Assembly (NCBI GenBank): GCA_030608465.1
Contig: JAUWEC010000001.1
Location: 1-52,361, forward strand
Reading direction: 5' to 3'
DNA: 52,361 bases
From: Chloroflexota bacterium
GTDB taxonomy: Bacteria > Chloroflexota > Anaerolineae > Anaerolineales > UBA11858
The translations under genes and the position numbers were made by a program. Shown here piece after piece: positions 38,575 through 46,516 of this stretch. The notes beneath the pieces are model-generated. The model ran no database searches and had not been told where the DNA came from. It was given only the letters and a program-made list of their open reading frames with translations. Position 1 is the stretch's first letter. Every line of letters begins with the position of its first letter.

Positions 38575-40308
38575 ATGAGTAAAAAACTTCTAGCGATCGT
38601 TTCATTACTGATCCTGGGCAGCCTGGTATTGTCTGCTTGTGGGCCCAAGGTTCAGGAAGGCACTGTAGCTACCGGTGATCTGGTAGCTTATCAAGGTACA
38701 GATACCTCCGATATCCCAACTTTGGATCCTCAATTGGGTGAGGACGTCACCTCGATTAATTACATCGAAAATCTGTTTGTAAACCTGACAAATTATGACC
38801 TGATCACTTCGGACGTCGTTCCTGAGGCAGCGACCTCCTGGACCATCAGCGATGATGGCTTGCTTTATACCTTTGTAATTCGCACTGACATCCCCTGGGT
38901 GAATCATAATCCCGAGACCGGTGAGGTGAAACAGGAAGTGAATGCAGACGGCGACCCGCTGTTTGTGACCGCAGAGGACTTTGTCTACGGCATCAAGCGA
39001 AGCTGTGACCCCAACAACGGTTCTTACTACAGCGGCATCATTGCCGGTGTTCTTAAGGGTTGTGAGGAAGTCTTCTACGCGGAAGATCCCGAGAACATCC
39101 CCCAGGCTGACGTTGACGCGATTGGTGTTTCCGCGCCTGATTCGGAAACCCTGATTATTGAACTCAAAGCTCCCGCAGCATACTTCCTGTCCATGACCCC
39201 CATGTGGACCATTGCGGCCACCCCGCAGTGGGCCATAGAAGCCCATGGTGAAGAGTGGATTGAAGCTGGCAACATTGTCACCAACGGACGTTATGTTCTT
39301 AACAATTGGGAACATGGTGTTTCCCGCATCATTCTGCGCAACCCGCTTATGCCGGAAGATATGCAGGGTAAAGGAAATATCGATAAGTTAACCATCAATG
39401 TAGTTCCTGATGTCGCCACTGAGTATGCCCTATGGCTCAATAATGAAGTGGATCTAACAAATATCCCAGGTGGAGAACTTGAAGCTCACCTGGCAAATTT
39501 TGGTGATGAAACAGTTCAAATTCCTGATCTGGCCGTTTTCTACATCGCCTTCCGGATGACCAAAGCGCCTTTTGACGACGTCCATGTCCGCCGCGCTTTT
39601 GGGGCTTCTTTTGACTCCGCCACCTACGTCTCTGAATTAAGACAGGGACAGGGCCTGCCCATGAAACACTTTGCGCCTCCCGGAATCTTCGGCGCGCCGC
39701 CCATTGACGAAGTGGGTGTCGGCTACGACCCCGAATTCGCTAAATCAGAGCTGGCTCTCGCTGGATATCCGGATTGTGAAGGATTCCCGCAGGTGACACT
39801 CTTGGGTTACAGCGGTGAATCAACCCTGGCCTGGATTGAGTTTGCTCAGGCGAACTGGGAAAAGAACCTTGGCTGCTCCGCAGATCTGATCCAGATCGAG
39901 CAGCAGTCCTTCGCGGATCTGCTGACCGCCACCAAGGCTGATGACGATGAAGCGCCTCACATGTGGACTCTTGGTTGGGGACCTGACTACGCAGATGAGA
40001 ACAACTGGGTTGGCGACGTGCTGGACTGCAAATTTGCCGTCCGTATTCGCCGGGAATGCAACGAGATTGATGACCTGGTTGAGGAAGCTCGTTTTGAGTC
40101 CGATCCCGAGGTACGGAAAGAGCTCTATGCCGAGATCGAAGATATGTACTTTGGTTATGAGGGTGAATATCCCTTCTTCCCGATCTTCCTGAGAATTGCC
40201 TATGTCGGCGAACACTCCTGGATGGATCGTGATGTCGCTCTGTTCGGTGGCCAACAGTACTACAATTGGACCATTGACTGGGACGCCAAGCAGGCTGCTC
40301 AACAATAA
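38575..40308 (+). CDS. Family-5 peptide ABC substrate-binding lipoprotein (OppA/DppA-like)
   Basis: Lipobox LVLSAC, and family-5 SBP hallmarks such as SWTISDDGLLYTFVIRTDIPW and VTNGRYVLNNWEHG. Confidence 0.85.
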   Translation: MSKKLLAIVSLLILGSLVLSACGPKVQEGTVATGDLVAYQGTDTSDIPTLDPQLGEDVTSINYIENLFVNLTNYDLITSDVVPEAATSWTISDDGLLYTFVIRTDIPWVNHNPETGEVKQEVNADGDPLFVTAEDFVYGIKRSCDPNNGSYYSGIIAGVLKGCEEVFYAEDPENIPQADVDAIGVSAPDSETLIIELKAPAAYFLSMTPMWTIAATPQWAIEAHGEEWIEAGNIVTNGRYVLNNWEHGVSRIILRNPLMPEDMQGKGNIDKLTINVVPDVATEYALWLNNEVDLTNIPGGELEAHLANFGDETVQIPDLAVFYIAFRMTKAPFDDVHVRRAFGASFDSATYVSELRQGQGLPMKHFAPPGIFGAPPIDEVGVGYDPEFAKSELALAGYPDCEGFPQVTLLGYSGESTLAWIEFAQANWEKNLGCSADLIQIEQQSFADLLTATKADDDEAPHMWTLGWGPDYADENNWVGDVLDCKFAVRIRRECNEIDDLVEEARFESDPEVRKELYAEIEDMYFGYEGEYPFFPIFLRIAYVGEHSWMDRDVALFGGQQYYNWTIDWDAKQAAQQ

Positions 40309-40326
40309 TCCGTTTCTTTAAAAAGG

Positions 40327-40358
40327 GCTTGGGAGGGCGGCAGCCGCTGCCCTCCCAG
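40327..40358 (+). terminator. GC-rich intercistronic hairpin after the SBP gene (attenuator/partial terminator or mRNA stabiliser)
   Basis: CTTGGGAGGGCGGC-AGCC-GCTGCCCTCCCAGG, about 14 bp including G-U pairs, followed by TTTTCC. Begins 19 nt after the stop codon. Confidence 0.6.
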
Positions 40359-40492
40359 GTTTTCCTCACAATTAAACAGGAAGTTAGGGGGGTTGGGTGA
40401 TGAGATGAAGAACCTCTCATCTGCCATCCCCGGTGATTTTCTGAAAGCAGGTTTTGAGGAGTAAAATCACCAATTTTATTGATGGAGGGATC

Positions 40493-41464
40493 ATGTTTCG
40501 TTACATCATACGACGTTTGTTAACCGCTATACCGGTTATACTCCTGGTCATTCTGGCTACATTTGTGCTGGTGCAGTCCATGCCTGGCGGTCCATTTGAT
40601 GTGGTGGGTTTTAAGTCCATGCCAGAACACATTAAAATAGTGCTGGAGCGTAAGTACGGTTTGGATAAACCGCTTTATGAGCAGTTTGCGAGGTATGTGC
40701 TGAATATATTCAAGGGTGATTTTGGACCCATGTTCCGGCAGCCTTCCCAGACAGTCAGGGATATCATTGGACAGACCTTCCCGATTTCGATTCAGCTGGG
40801 ACTCATGTCTGTGTTTGTTGCTTTTTCGCTCGGGATACCGATCGGCATCATTGCGGCTCTAAATCATAATACCTTCATTGATTATACAGCGACATTTGCT
40901 GCTGTCATCAGCCGCTCCATACCGGTTGTGGTTCTCGCGCCTTTGCTGATCTACGTCTTTGTGGTGCAGCTGGATTGGGTGCCGATTGCCTTCTGGGGCG
41001 CACACCCCCCCTTCTTTTTGGGATTTATTCCTAAAATTGACCAGGAGTTTTTGTCTCATGCCATCCTGCCAGTATTCTCATTAGGTACCGGGGCGGCAGC
41101 GGGAGTTGCCCGTTTAACTCGGGCCGGGCTGTTGGAAGTGTTATCTTCAGATTATATCCGGACCGCACGGGCCAAAGGTTTAAGGGAACGAGTGGTGATC
41201 GTTGTTCATGCTCTAAAGAATTCTCTTATTCCAGTAGTAACGATCCTGGGACCCTTATTGGCAGCTATATTAACCGGTGCTTTTGTTACCGAAACCATGT
41301 TTGCCATTAACGGCATGGGCAGGAGATTTGTAAATAGTATTAACTCGAGAGAGTACTTTTTACAAACCAGCCTGGTGCTGATTTATGGATTGTTACTCAT
41401 CATGGGTAACTTGTTAGTGGATATTATGTATGCCTGGATTGATCCCCGCATACGTTATGATTAG
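40493..41464 (+). CDS. oppB: Peptide ABC transporter permease (OppB/DppB type)
   Basis: The MFRYIIRRLLTAIPVIL N-terminus is typical of OppB. EAA-loop region SDYIRTARAKGL. ATG 40493 has GGAGGGA directly upstream and is preferred over the TTG at 40454. Confidence 0.9.
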   Translation: MFRYIIRRLLTAIPVILLVILATFVLVQSMPGGPFDVVGFKSMPEHIKIVLERKYGLDKPLYEQFARYVLNIFKGDFGPMFRQPSQTVRDIIGQTFPISIQLGLMSVFVAFSLGIPIGIIAALNHNTFIDYTATFAAVISRSIPVVVLAPLLIYVFVVQLDWVPIAFWGAHPPFFLGFIPKIDQEFLSHAILPVFSLGTGAAAGVARLTRAGLLEVLSSDYIRTARAKGLRERVVIVVHALKNSLIPVVTILGPLLAAILTGAFVTETMFAINGMGRRFVNSINSREYFLQTSLVLIYGLLLIMGNLLVDIMYAWIDPRIRYD

Positions 41465-41473
41465 GAACAATAT

Positions 41474-42529
41474 ATGACCCCTGAAAAACAACTTGAACAA
41501 CTTGTAAATAATGACAACGTAAAAGAATATGGTAAAGGCAGAAGTCCAGCTCAGGATGCCCTGCGTGAGTTTCGACGCAATAAAATTGCTGTCGCAGGAG
41601 TAATTTTTATCGTTATCGTGATTTTGGCTGCCACTTTTGCGCCCCTGCTCTCACCTTACGAGTTTGCCCAACAAAATACATTCAATAACCGCGCCAAACC
41701 TCTTACAGGGTACGACATCACCACCGATTATGCGGAGGAAAACTGCCATTGGTATAACACACCCCTGGAATGGGGCTGTACGCTCTTTATTGCCGGTTCA
41801 GATACTTTAGGGAGGGATTTGTGGAGCCGGATGATCTACGGAACCCGCGTATCATTAGCCATAGCATTAGTTGCTTCCAGCGTCAGTATCGTGATTGGTT
41901 TAACCTACGGAACGATCTCGGGATTTGCCGGCGGCCGGGTGGATAACATGATGATGCGAGTAGTGGATTTCCTGTGGGCGGTCCCTCAGCTGCCGATCAT
42001 AGTCATGATGACGGTTTATTTTAAGGCGCTGGCCAGGCGCGGAGTCACTACCGGGCTTATGGGAACGGTTATCTTCCTCAATAAATCAACCGGTGGGCTG
42101 CTGTTTGTATTTGTCGCGGTGGGCGCTCTCAACTGGTTGGGCATGGCCCGCCAGGCCAGGGGTCAGGTGCTGTCTTTTAAAGAGAAAGAATTCGTGGAAG
42201 CCGCCCGGGCGATTGGGGCCAAGGATGGACATATCATCACCAAACACCTGATCCCCAACGTAATCGGCCCTCTGTTGATTATTGAGTCCATGGCGATCCC
42301 GGGTTATATTTTCCTCGAGGCAATTTTGAGCTTTATTGGCCTGGGAGTGGACCCTCCCACACCCAGCTGGGGGGCGATGATTAACGATGGGTATGCTACC
42401 CTCAGATCCAATCCCCACCTGGTATTATTCCCCGGGGTGGCGTTAACCACTTTAACGCTGGCGTTTAACTTTATGGGAGACGGTTTAAGGGATGCTTTTG
42501 ATGCCCGCCTGCGAGGGAGAAAACTATAA
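41474..42529 (+). CDS. oppC: Peptide ABC transporter permease (OppC/DppC type)
   Basis: N-terminal OppC-type segment (ALREFRRNKIAVAGVIFIV), GTDTLGRDLWSRMIYG, and EAA-loop EFVEAARAIGA. Confidence 0.9.
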   Translation: MTPEKQLEQLVNNDNVKEYGKGRSPAQDALREFRRNKIAVAGVIFIVIVILAATFAPLLSPYEFAQQNTFNNRAKPLTGYDITTDYAEENCHWYNTPLEWGCTLFIAGSDTLGRDLWSRMIYGTRVSLAIALVASSVSIVIGLTYGTISGFAGGRVDNMMMRVVDFLWAVPQLPIIVMMTVYFKALARRGVTTGLMGTVIFLNKSTGGLLFVFVAVGALNWLGMARQARGQVLSFKEKEFVEAARAIGAKDGHIITKHLIPNVIGPLLIIESMAIPGYIFLEAILSFIGLGVDPPTPSWGAMINDGYATLRSNPHLVLFPGVALTTLTLAFNFMGDGLRDAFDARLRGRKL

Positions 42530-42531
42530 TC

Positions 42532-42921
42532 ATGAAAAGAAGAAATCTTCTTAGTATACTCATAACCCTGAGCCTGCTGTTCCTTATCAGCATCGCTTGT
42601 CAACAATCGGGTGAGATCATTACTCCTGCTGTGGCAACCCAGCGTTATGAAGCCACCCAGGTAGCAATAGCAGGAGAAGTTGTCGGCGAGATTGAAGGTG
42701 TTGCATTTCCAGCCGGATCAACCGTAGAACTTAATTCCGAAAGTTTCCTGGTAGGCTTGTACAAAGAAGCTGGTGGAATTAGTACAGTTACATTTGCAAG
42801 CCGGGGCGATCAAGTTACAGTTATGGGGTCGATGGAATTAGAAGGTGAAATCTGGTATAAAATTGAGAGCTCGGCAGGAAATGGCTGGATTCCTGAGGCC
42901 AATCTAAAGGAAGTGGAATAA
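42532..42921 (+). CDS. Small lipoprotein with a C-terminal SH3b-like domain
   Basis: Lipobox ISIAC. C-terminus VTVMGSMELEGEIWYKIESSAGNGWIPEANLKEV resembles bacterial SH3. Starts 2 nt after the oppC stop. Confidence 0.6.
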   Translation: MKRRNLLSILITLSLLFLISIACQQSGEIITPAVATQRYEATQVAIAGEVVGEIEGVAFPAGSTVELNSESFLVGLYKEAGGISTVTFASRGDQVTVMGSMELEGEIWYKIESSAGNGWIPEANLKEVE

Positions 42922-42948
42922 GGATAAAAATACATTGGCGATTCTAGG

Positions 42949-42982
42949 GACCAGGTCATTTTAAAGGACCTGGTCTTTTTTT
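42949..42982 (+). terminator. Rho-independent terminator of the peptide ABC operon
   Basis: GACCAGGTC-ATTTTAAAG-GACCTGGTC (perfect 9-bp stem) followed by T7. Confidence 0.75.
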
Positions 42983-42987
42983 ATTAA

Positions 42988-43019
42988 GGCTCCCAGAGCT
43001 TTCGAAAGCTCCGGGAGCC
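42988..43019. repeat. 32-nt palindromic element, copy 2 (GGCTCCCAGAGCTTTCGAAAGCTCCGGGAGCC)
   Basis: Near-perfect palindrome with one mismatch across 16-nt arms. Extends to 42986-43021 through AA/TT. 27 of 32 positions identical to 20177-20208. Confidence 0.7.
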
Positions 43020-43069
43020 TTAGTTACATATAGTTCTTGAGAAGCATAAGAACCCATACCCCCCTCTAA

Positions 43070-43097
43070 TTGCATTTATAGCAGATCACGATATAAT
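43070..43097 (+). promoter_or_regulatory. Sigma-70-type promoter candidate for the 43137 gene
   Basis: TTGCAT (43070-43075), a 16-nt spacer, then TATAAT (43092-43097). Confidence 0.4.
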
Positions 43098-43136
43098 CGG
43101 TGATGCTTTGTTTGCCTCCAATTATGGGAGTAAGTT

Positions 43137-44924
43137 ATGATTTGGGATCGAAAGATCAGAAGCAGGATAGTCTTTTTGTCATTAGTCTGGGCTGTTGTAC
43201 TTTCCAGCTGCAGCAGTGGATCTCTGGATAAACTGTGGTTAAAATCGGAAGGCTGGAGCAGAGGGGTTTTGCTGGGGGAAACCGGGATGGCAGCACCGGC
43301 TTCAATTGCGTTTGATAGCTCGAATAGAGTATACTCAATTCTATTTCCAAAAATTGCAGAACAGACCAATCAATACCAGCCGCAATTGGTTATTTTGAAT
43401 GAAAATGGAGAGTTGTCTGATCGATCCTCCCTGGATTTCCAGATATCTCAACCTCGGCAAACTAGAATCTTTCTGACAGATGATAGAGTTGATTTATTCT
43501 GGATTGACAGTCATCAACTTAAAATCATAGAGATCAGTAAAGAGGGAGATCTTTTATCAGATATCAAGGTGCTTTCCGGCGAGGAAAGGGTAGAGCACTT
43601 TGAAGTCATCCCCTGGGATGATGGTTATGAAATCTGGTATTCTGGCAGTCAAGATTACCCGGGTTTGTATAACCTTTCCGGAAAGTTGGACGATATTCAG
43701 AAGCGGTTAATTGATCCTCTCGGAAGTAGAATAAATGTCTTTTTAGACAGTGATAATCATCTCCATGCCAGCTGGGTTCGTTATCCGAAAAGTTACGGTG
43801 AGATTGAATTCTATTACCTGCAAACTGCGCCTGAACGATCTGCCGAAGAACCCGCGGAGATATTATTTACCACTGGTGTCTCACCTGCGATAAGAATATA
43901 TGGGCCGATTATGGGTCTGGATCAGGACAATGTTTACTTGTTCTGGAGTGAACAGATTACTGCGGGGCTGGATGCTGGGAATAAAACCACCTTTATCCAG
44001 TCTTTCCCGATTGGCCATCCGGAGCAGATTACCCCTCCAGCTAAATTCTACGTACCTTCCATCCATAAAATTGATACTGAGCCGTTCCATTCAGGGATAT
44101 TCCAGTCTGGAGAACGGATTCCATTGAATAGGTCAGCTTATCCAGTTACATATTCCCTGGAAAATATAGGAACCATTCAATCACAATTCACGGAAATCGC
44201 TGTGGTGTTCCGATCCCGATCTGAGTTTAAGTGGCGTGACTTTAGGAATCAGGTCAATATTGTCTATTTAGCGGACGGAAAAGGCACATCATACCAACCG
44301 CTCAGTTATACATCGATAGAATCGTATTACCCGGCAGTTTTCTATGATCAGGAGAATGATTTGTATGTCACCTGGTTGGAAAAAGGGGAGACGACCTACC
44401 GGGTTTACCTGACCACTACTGACTCCGATAAGAAATCTTCCATTGATCAGGTTTCCCTGGATGATTATCTATACCTGGGTGCAGAAGGTTTATTCGGTCT
44501 CCTGGCGGGTGCTGTCCTGGCGCCATTTGCAGCCGCTGTTTGGGGTGGGGCTGGGTTATTTGCCTTTCTCTTTAACGTTATCCTTTCACGATTCAACCAC
44601 CGATTTTATCGAACACTGGGAGAGTTCTTAAGCATCGCTGGCGGTGTCTTTATATTCTGGTTTGTAAAAATGGCAACGCTGCCCGGGCTGAAGGATGGCT
44701 ACGTCCCATTTTCTGCCTGGATTCCACGCATTCCACCGGGATTGGAAACCCCTCTTGTTGTAGGTGTTCCCATTTTAATCGGATTAATTAGTTTTACTGT
44801 GGCCTGGGTTAATACCTACGGAAAAAAATCTGGATCACCGATAAATTTCCATTTTATTTATGCAGCCTTGGATGCTTTATTATCCTGTGGTATCTACGGT
44901 ATTCTGATCTACGGATCATTCTAA
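43137..44924 (+). CDS. Lipoprotein-leader protein of unknown function: about 440-aa ectodomain and a C-terminal multi-TM block
   Basis: Leader IVFLSLVWAVVLSSCSS (lipobox LSSC). Ectodomain rich in aromatic strand-like repeats (LFWIDSH, EIWYSGS, YLFWSEQ, LYVTWLEKG). Four or five hydrophobic helices from about residue 445. SD GGGAG 6 nt upstream. Confidence 0.7.
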   Translation: MIWDRKIRSRIVFLSLVWAVVLSSCSSGSLDKLWLKSEGWSRGVLLGETGMAAPASIAFDSSNRVYSILFPKIAEQTNQYQPQLVILNENGELSDRSSLDFQISQPRQTRIFLTDDRVDLFWIDSHQLKIIEISKEGDLLSDIKVLSGEERVEHFEVIPWDDGYEIWYSGSQDYPGLYNLSGKLDDIQKRLIDPLGSRINVFLDSDNHLHASWVRYPKSYGEIEFYYLQTAPERSAEEPAEILFTTGVSPAIRIYGPIMGLDQDNVYLFWSEQITAGLDAGNKTTFIQSFPIGHPEQITPPAKFYVPSIHKIDTEPFHSGIFQSGERIPLNRSAYPVTYSLENIGTIQSQFTEIAVVFRSRSEFKWRDFRNQVNIVYLADGKGTSYQPLSYTSIESYYPAVFYDQENDLYVTWLEKGETTYRVYLTTTDSDKKSSIDQVSLDDYLYLGAEGLFGLLAGAVLAPFAAAVWGGAGLFAFLFNVILSRFNHRFYRTLGEFLSIAGGVFIFWFVKMATLPGLKDGYVPFSAWIPRIPPGLETPLVVGVPILIGLISFTVAWVNTYGKKSGSPINFHFIYAALDALLSCGIYGILIYGSF

Positions 44925-45022
44925 AAGATATTTGTTTCCCCTCTATTTGATAAGTAAATCCCTTTACCTAATAAAACTGCAAGGTAAAAACATCCTTCGG
45001 GGGATCAGCTGCTTTCCCCTCA

Positions 45023-45031
45023 TGTTACAAT
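45023..45031 (+). promoter_or_regulatory. Extended -10 promoter element (TGT-TACAAT) placed 6 nt before the response-regulator ATG
   Basis: TGn at 45023-45025 and TACAAT at 45026-45031. ATG at 45038. No Shine-Dalgarno sequence in between. Confidence 0.35.
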
Positions 45032-45037
45032 TTCTGT

Positions 45038-46180
45038 ATGGTGGATAAATTCCGAGTGTTAATTGTTGATGACCACCAGGAGATTCGCACCGCACTGCGG
45101 GCGAATCTTGAGGCGTTAGAAGTGGATCTGGATCTGGTTGATGTTCCCTCTGGAGAAGAAGCAATCGTGGAGGTCGTGGGCACGGGTATCGATCTATTAA
45201 TCGCTGATATTGGTCTTCCGGGATTATCCGGGATTGAATTATATAAAAAATTGAAGCACACTTTCCCTGATATGCAGGTAATTTTTATCACGGGAATGGA
45301 AGAGGAAGATCTTCACCAGGAAATTGCCGATGCCGGGGCAGAGGCGTTTTTCTATAAACCGCTAAAGATGCCGGAATTTTTAAATGCAGTTAGACGGACA
45401 ATGGGTCTGGATCCGGTGGAAACTGATCCGGAACCACTACAAAAATTAACCAAACAAAACCTGGATGAAAATGTTACAGAGAGAATCGCAGATTTGCGGG
45501 GAGAATTAGGAGCGATATCGATCTTAGTCATTGAGAAGGCAGGGATAATTTCAGCAGAAACCGGCATTGTTCCAGACACGATTTATGAAACCCATGTGAT
45601 GCCGCTGCTGCTGCAAACTTTCAGCATAACCAATAAAATTTCCGGCTTTTTAAGGAAGGAAAAACCCAAGAGTGTGTGGTATTTTTCAGGGGATAAGTAC
45701 GATTTGTTCTGGTCTCACATTAATACGGAATATGGGATGATGGTCATTACCAATCCGGTGACCCAGAATAACGACCTTACCTGGGTGCTGACAACATTAG
45801 ATTTAGCTATTCAGGAAGTTACCCAGATAATCCAGGATCTACTGGGAACGCCTGTGGTTAAAATGGAAAATTCCGCCAAAGAATTGAAAGCTGATAATAT
45901 AAAAAAGAAGACACTAGTAAAAGCTGAACTCCCCAAGGAGAAGGAACAGGGAACAAACGGATCTAAAAAAATAAAAACAAAATCGGTTCCTAAGAAGGGA
46001 AACAAAGTCGTGGAAGAAACACCTGACCCCGATAATGTTGATGAAAGTGAAGTGCATGAGTTCTGGAAAGCTGCAACGCTGGAAACAGAAATTCAGCGAA
46101 TTGACAGTCCTGATTCGTTATCTTTTGAGCAAGCTCAAAAGCTTGGTTTTGTCCCCGGGGGAGATAGTATTAAATCCTGA
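45038..46180 (+). CDS. Response-regulator receiver (REC) protein with a Roadblock/LC7-like middle domain and a Lys-rich tail; no DNA-binding output domain recognised
   Basis: REC motifs VLIVDDH, LLIADIGLPGLSG, FITGM, FFYKP. The middle region (LGAISILVIEKAGIISAETG...YGMMVITNP) has an alpha-beta-beta pattern reminiscent of Roadblock/MglB (inference). C-terminus is K/E-rich low complexity. Confidence 0.78.
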   Translation: MVDKFRVLIVDDHQEIRTALRANLEALEVDLDLVDVPSGEEAIVEVVGTGIDLLIADIGLPGLSGIELYKKLKHTFPDMQVIFITGMEEEDLHQEIADAGAEAFFYKPLKMPEFLNAVRRTMGLDPVETDPEPLQKLTKQNLDENVTERIADLRGELGAISILVIEKAGIISAETGIVPDTIYETHVMPLLLQTFSITNKISGFLRKEKPKSVWYFSGDKYDLFWSHINTEYGMMVITNPVTQNNDLTWVLTTLDLAIQEVTQIIQDLLGTPVVKMENSAKELKADNIKKKTLVKAELPKEKEQGTNGSKKIKTKSVPKKGNKVVEETPDPDNVDESEVHEFWKAATLETEIQRIDSPDSLSFEQAQKLGFVPGGDSIKS

Positions 46181-46212
46181 TGGCTGTTCAGGACAGGTAA
46201 AACCAGTTTCCA

Positions 46213-46241
46213 TTGTCAGTAAAATTATCCTATGATACAAT
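46213..46241 (+). promoter_or_regulatory. Sigma-70-type promoter candidate for tRNA-Gln
   Basis: TTGTCA (46213-46218), a 17-nt spacer, then TACAAT (46236-46241), 15 nt before the mature 5' end of the tRNA. Confidence 0.45.
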
Positions 46242-46255
46242 GCCTTCGCTGACGT

Positions 46256-46330
46256 TGGGGAGTGGTGCAATTGGCAGCACAGCGGCCTTTGGAGCCGTTA
46301 ATCTTGGTTCGAGTCCAGGCTCCCCAGCCA
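46256..46330 (+). tRNA. tRNA-Gln (anticodon UUG)
   Basis: Manually folded 75-nt cloverleaf. Acceptor TGGGGAG/CTCCCCA, D-stem GTGC/GCAC, anticodon stem GCGGC/GCCGT with loop CTTTGGA (anticodon TTG at 46289-46291), T-arm CTTGG-TTCGAGT-CCAGG, discriminator G, and encoded CCA. The U1-A72 pair and the UGGGG...CCCCAGCCA ends match bacterial tRNA-Gln. Confidence 0.93.
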
Positions 46331-46516
46331 TACTGCCTTTGAATTATGATATCCGGGATTGAAGAAGACCCTCCTAAAGAGCACAATGAGAAAATAAGAA
46401 CCATGCGAGCTTGGGCTGTCTATGACGACCCGCTCGCCTATTTGGTTATCAACTGCCGGGATTCAAGAATTTGATAATATTCACCAGAATGAATAATAAA
46501 GCGAAAGGGATCTTTT

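Noticed and set aside
38605-40420. Long minus-strand ORFs (236, 226 and 161 aa) inside the oppA-like gene
   Set aside because: They lie antisense to a gene with clear family-5 SBP motifs. Their products are Arg/Ser/Pro/Gly-rich with no recognisable domains, as is typical of shadow frames.
46181-46516. Integrated mobile element or prophage at tRNA-Gln
   Set aside because: There is no integrase, excisionase or phage gene on either side, and the direct repeat does not include the tRNA 3' end. At most it is a relic (reported as a low-interest finding).
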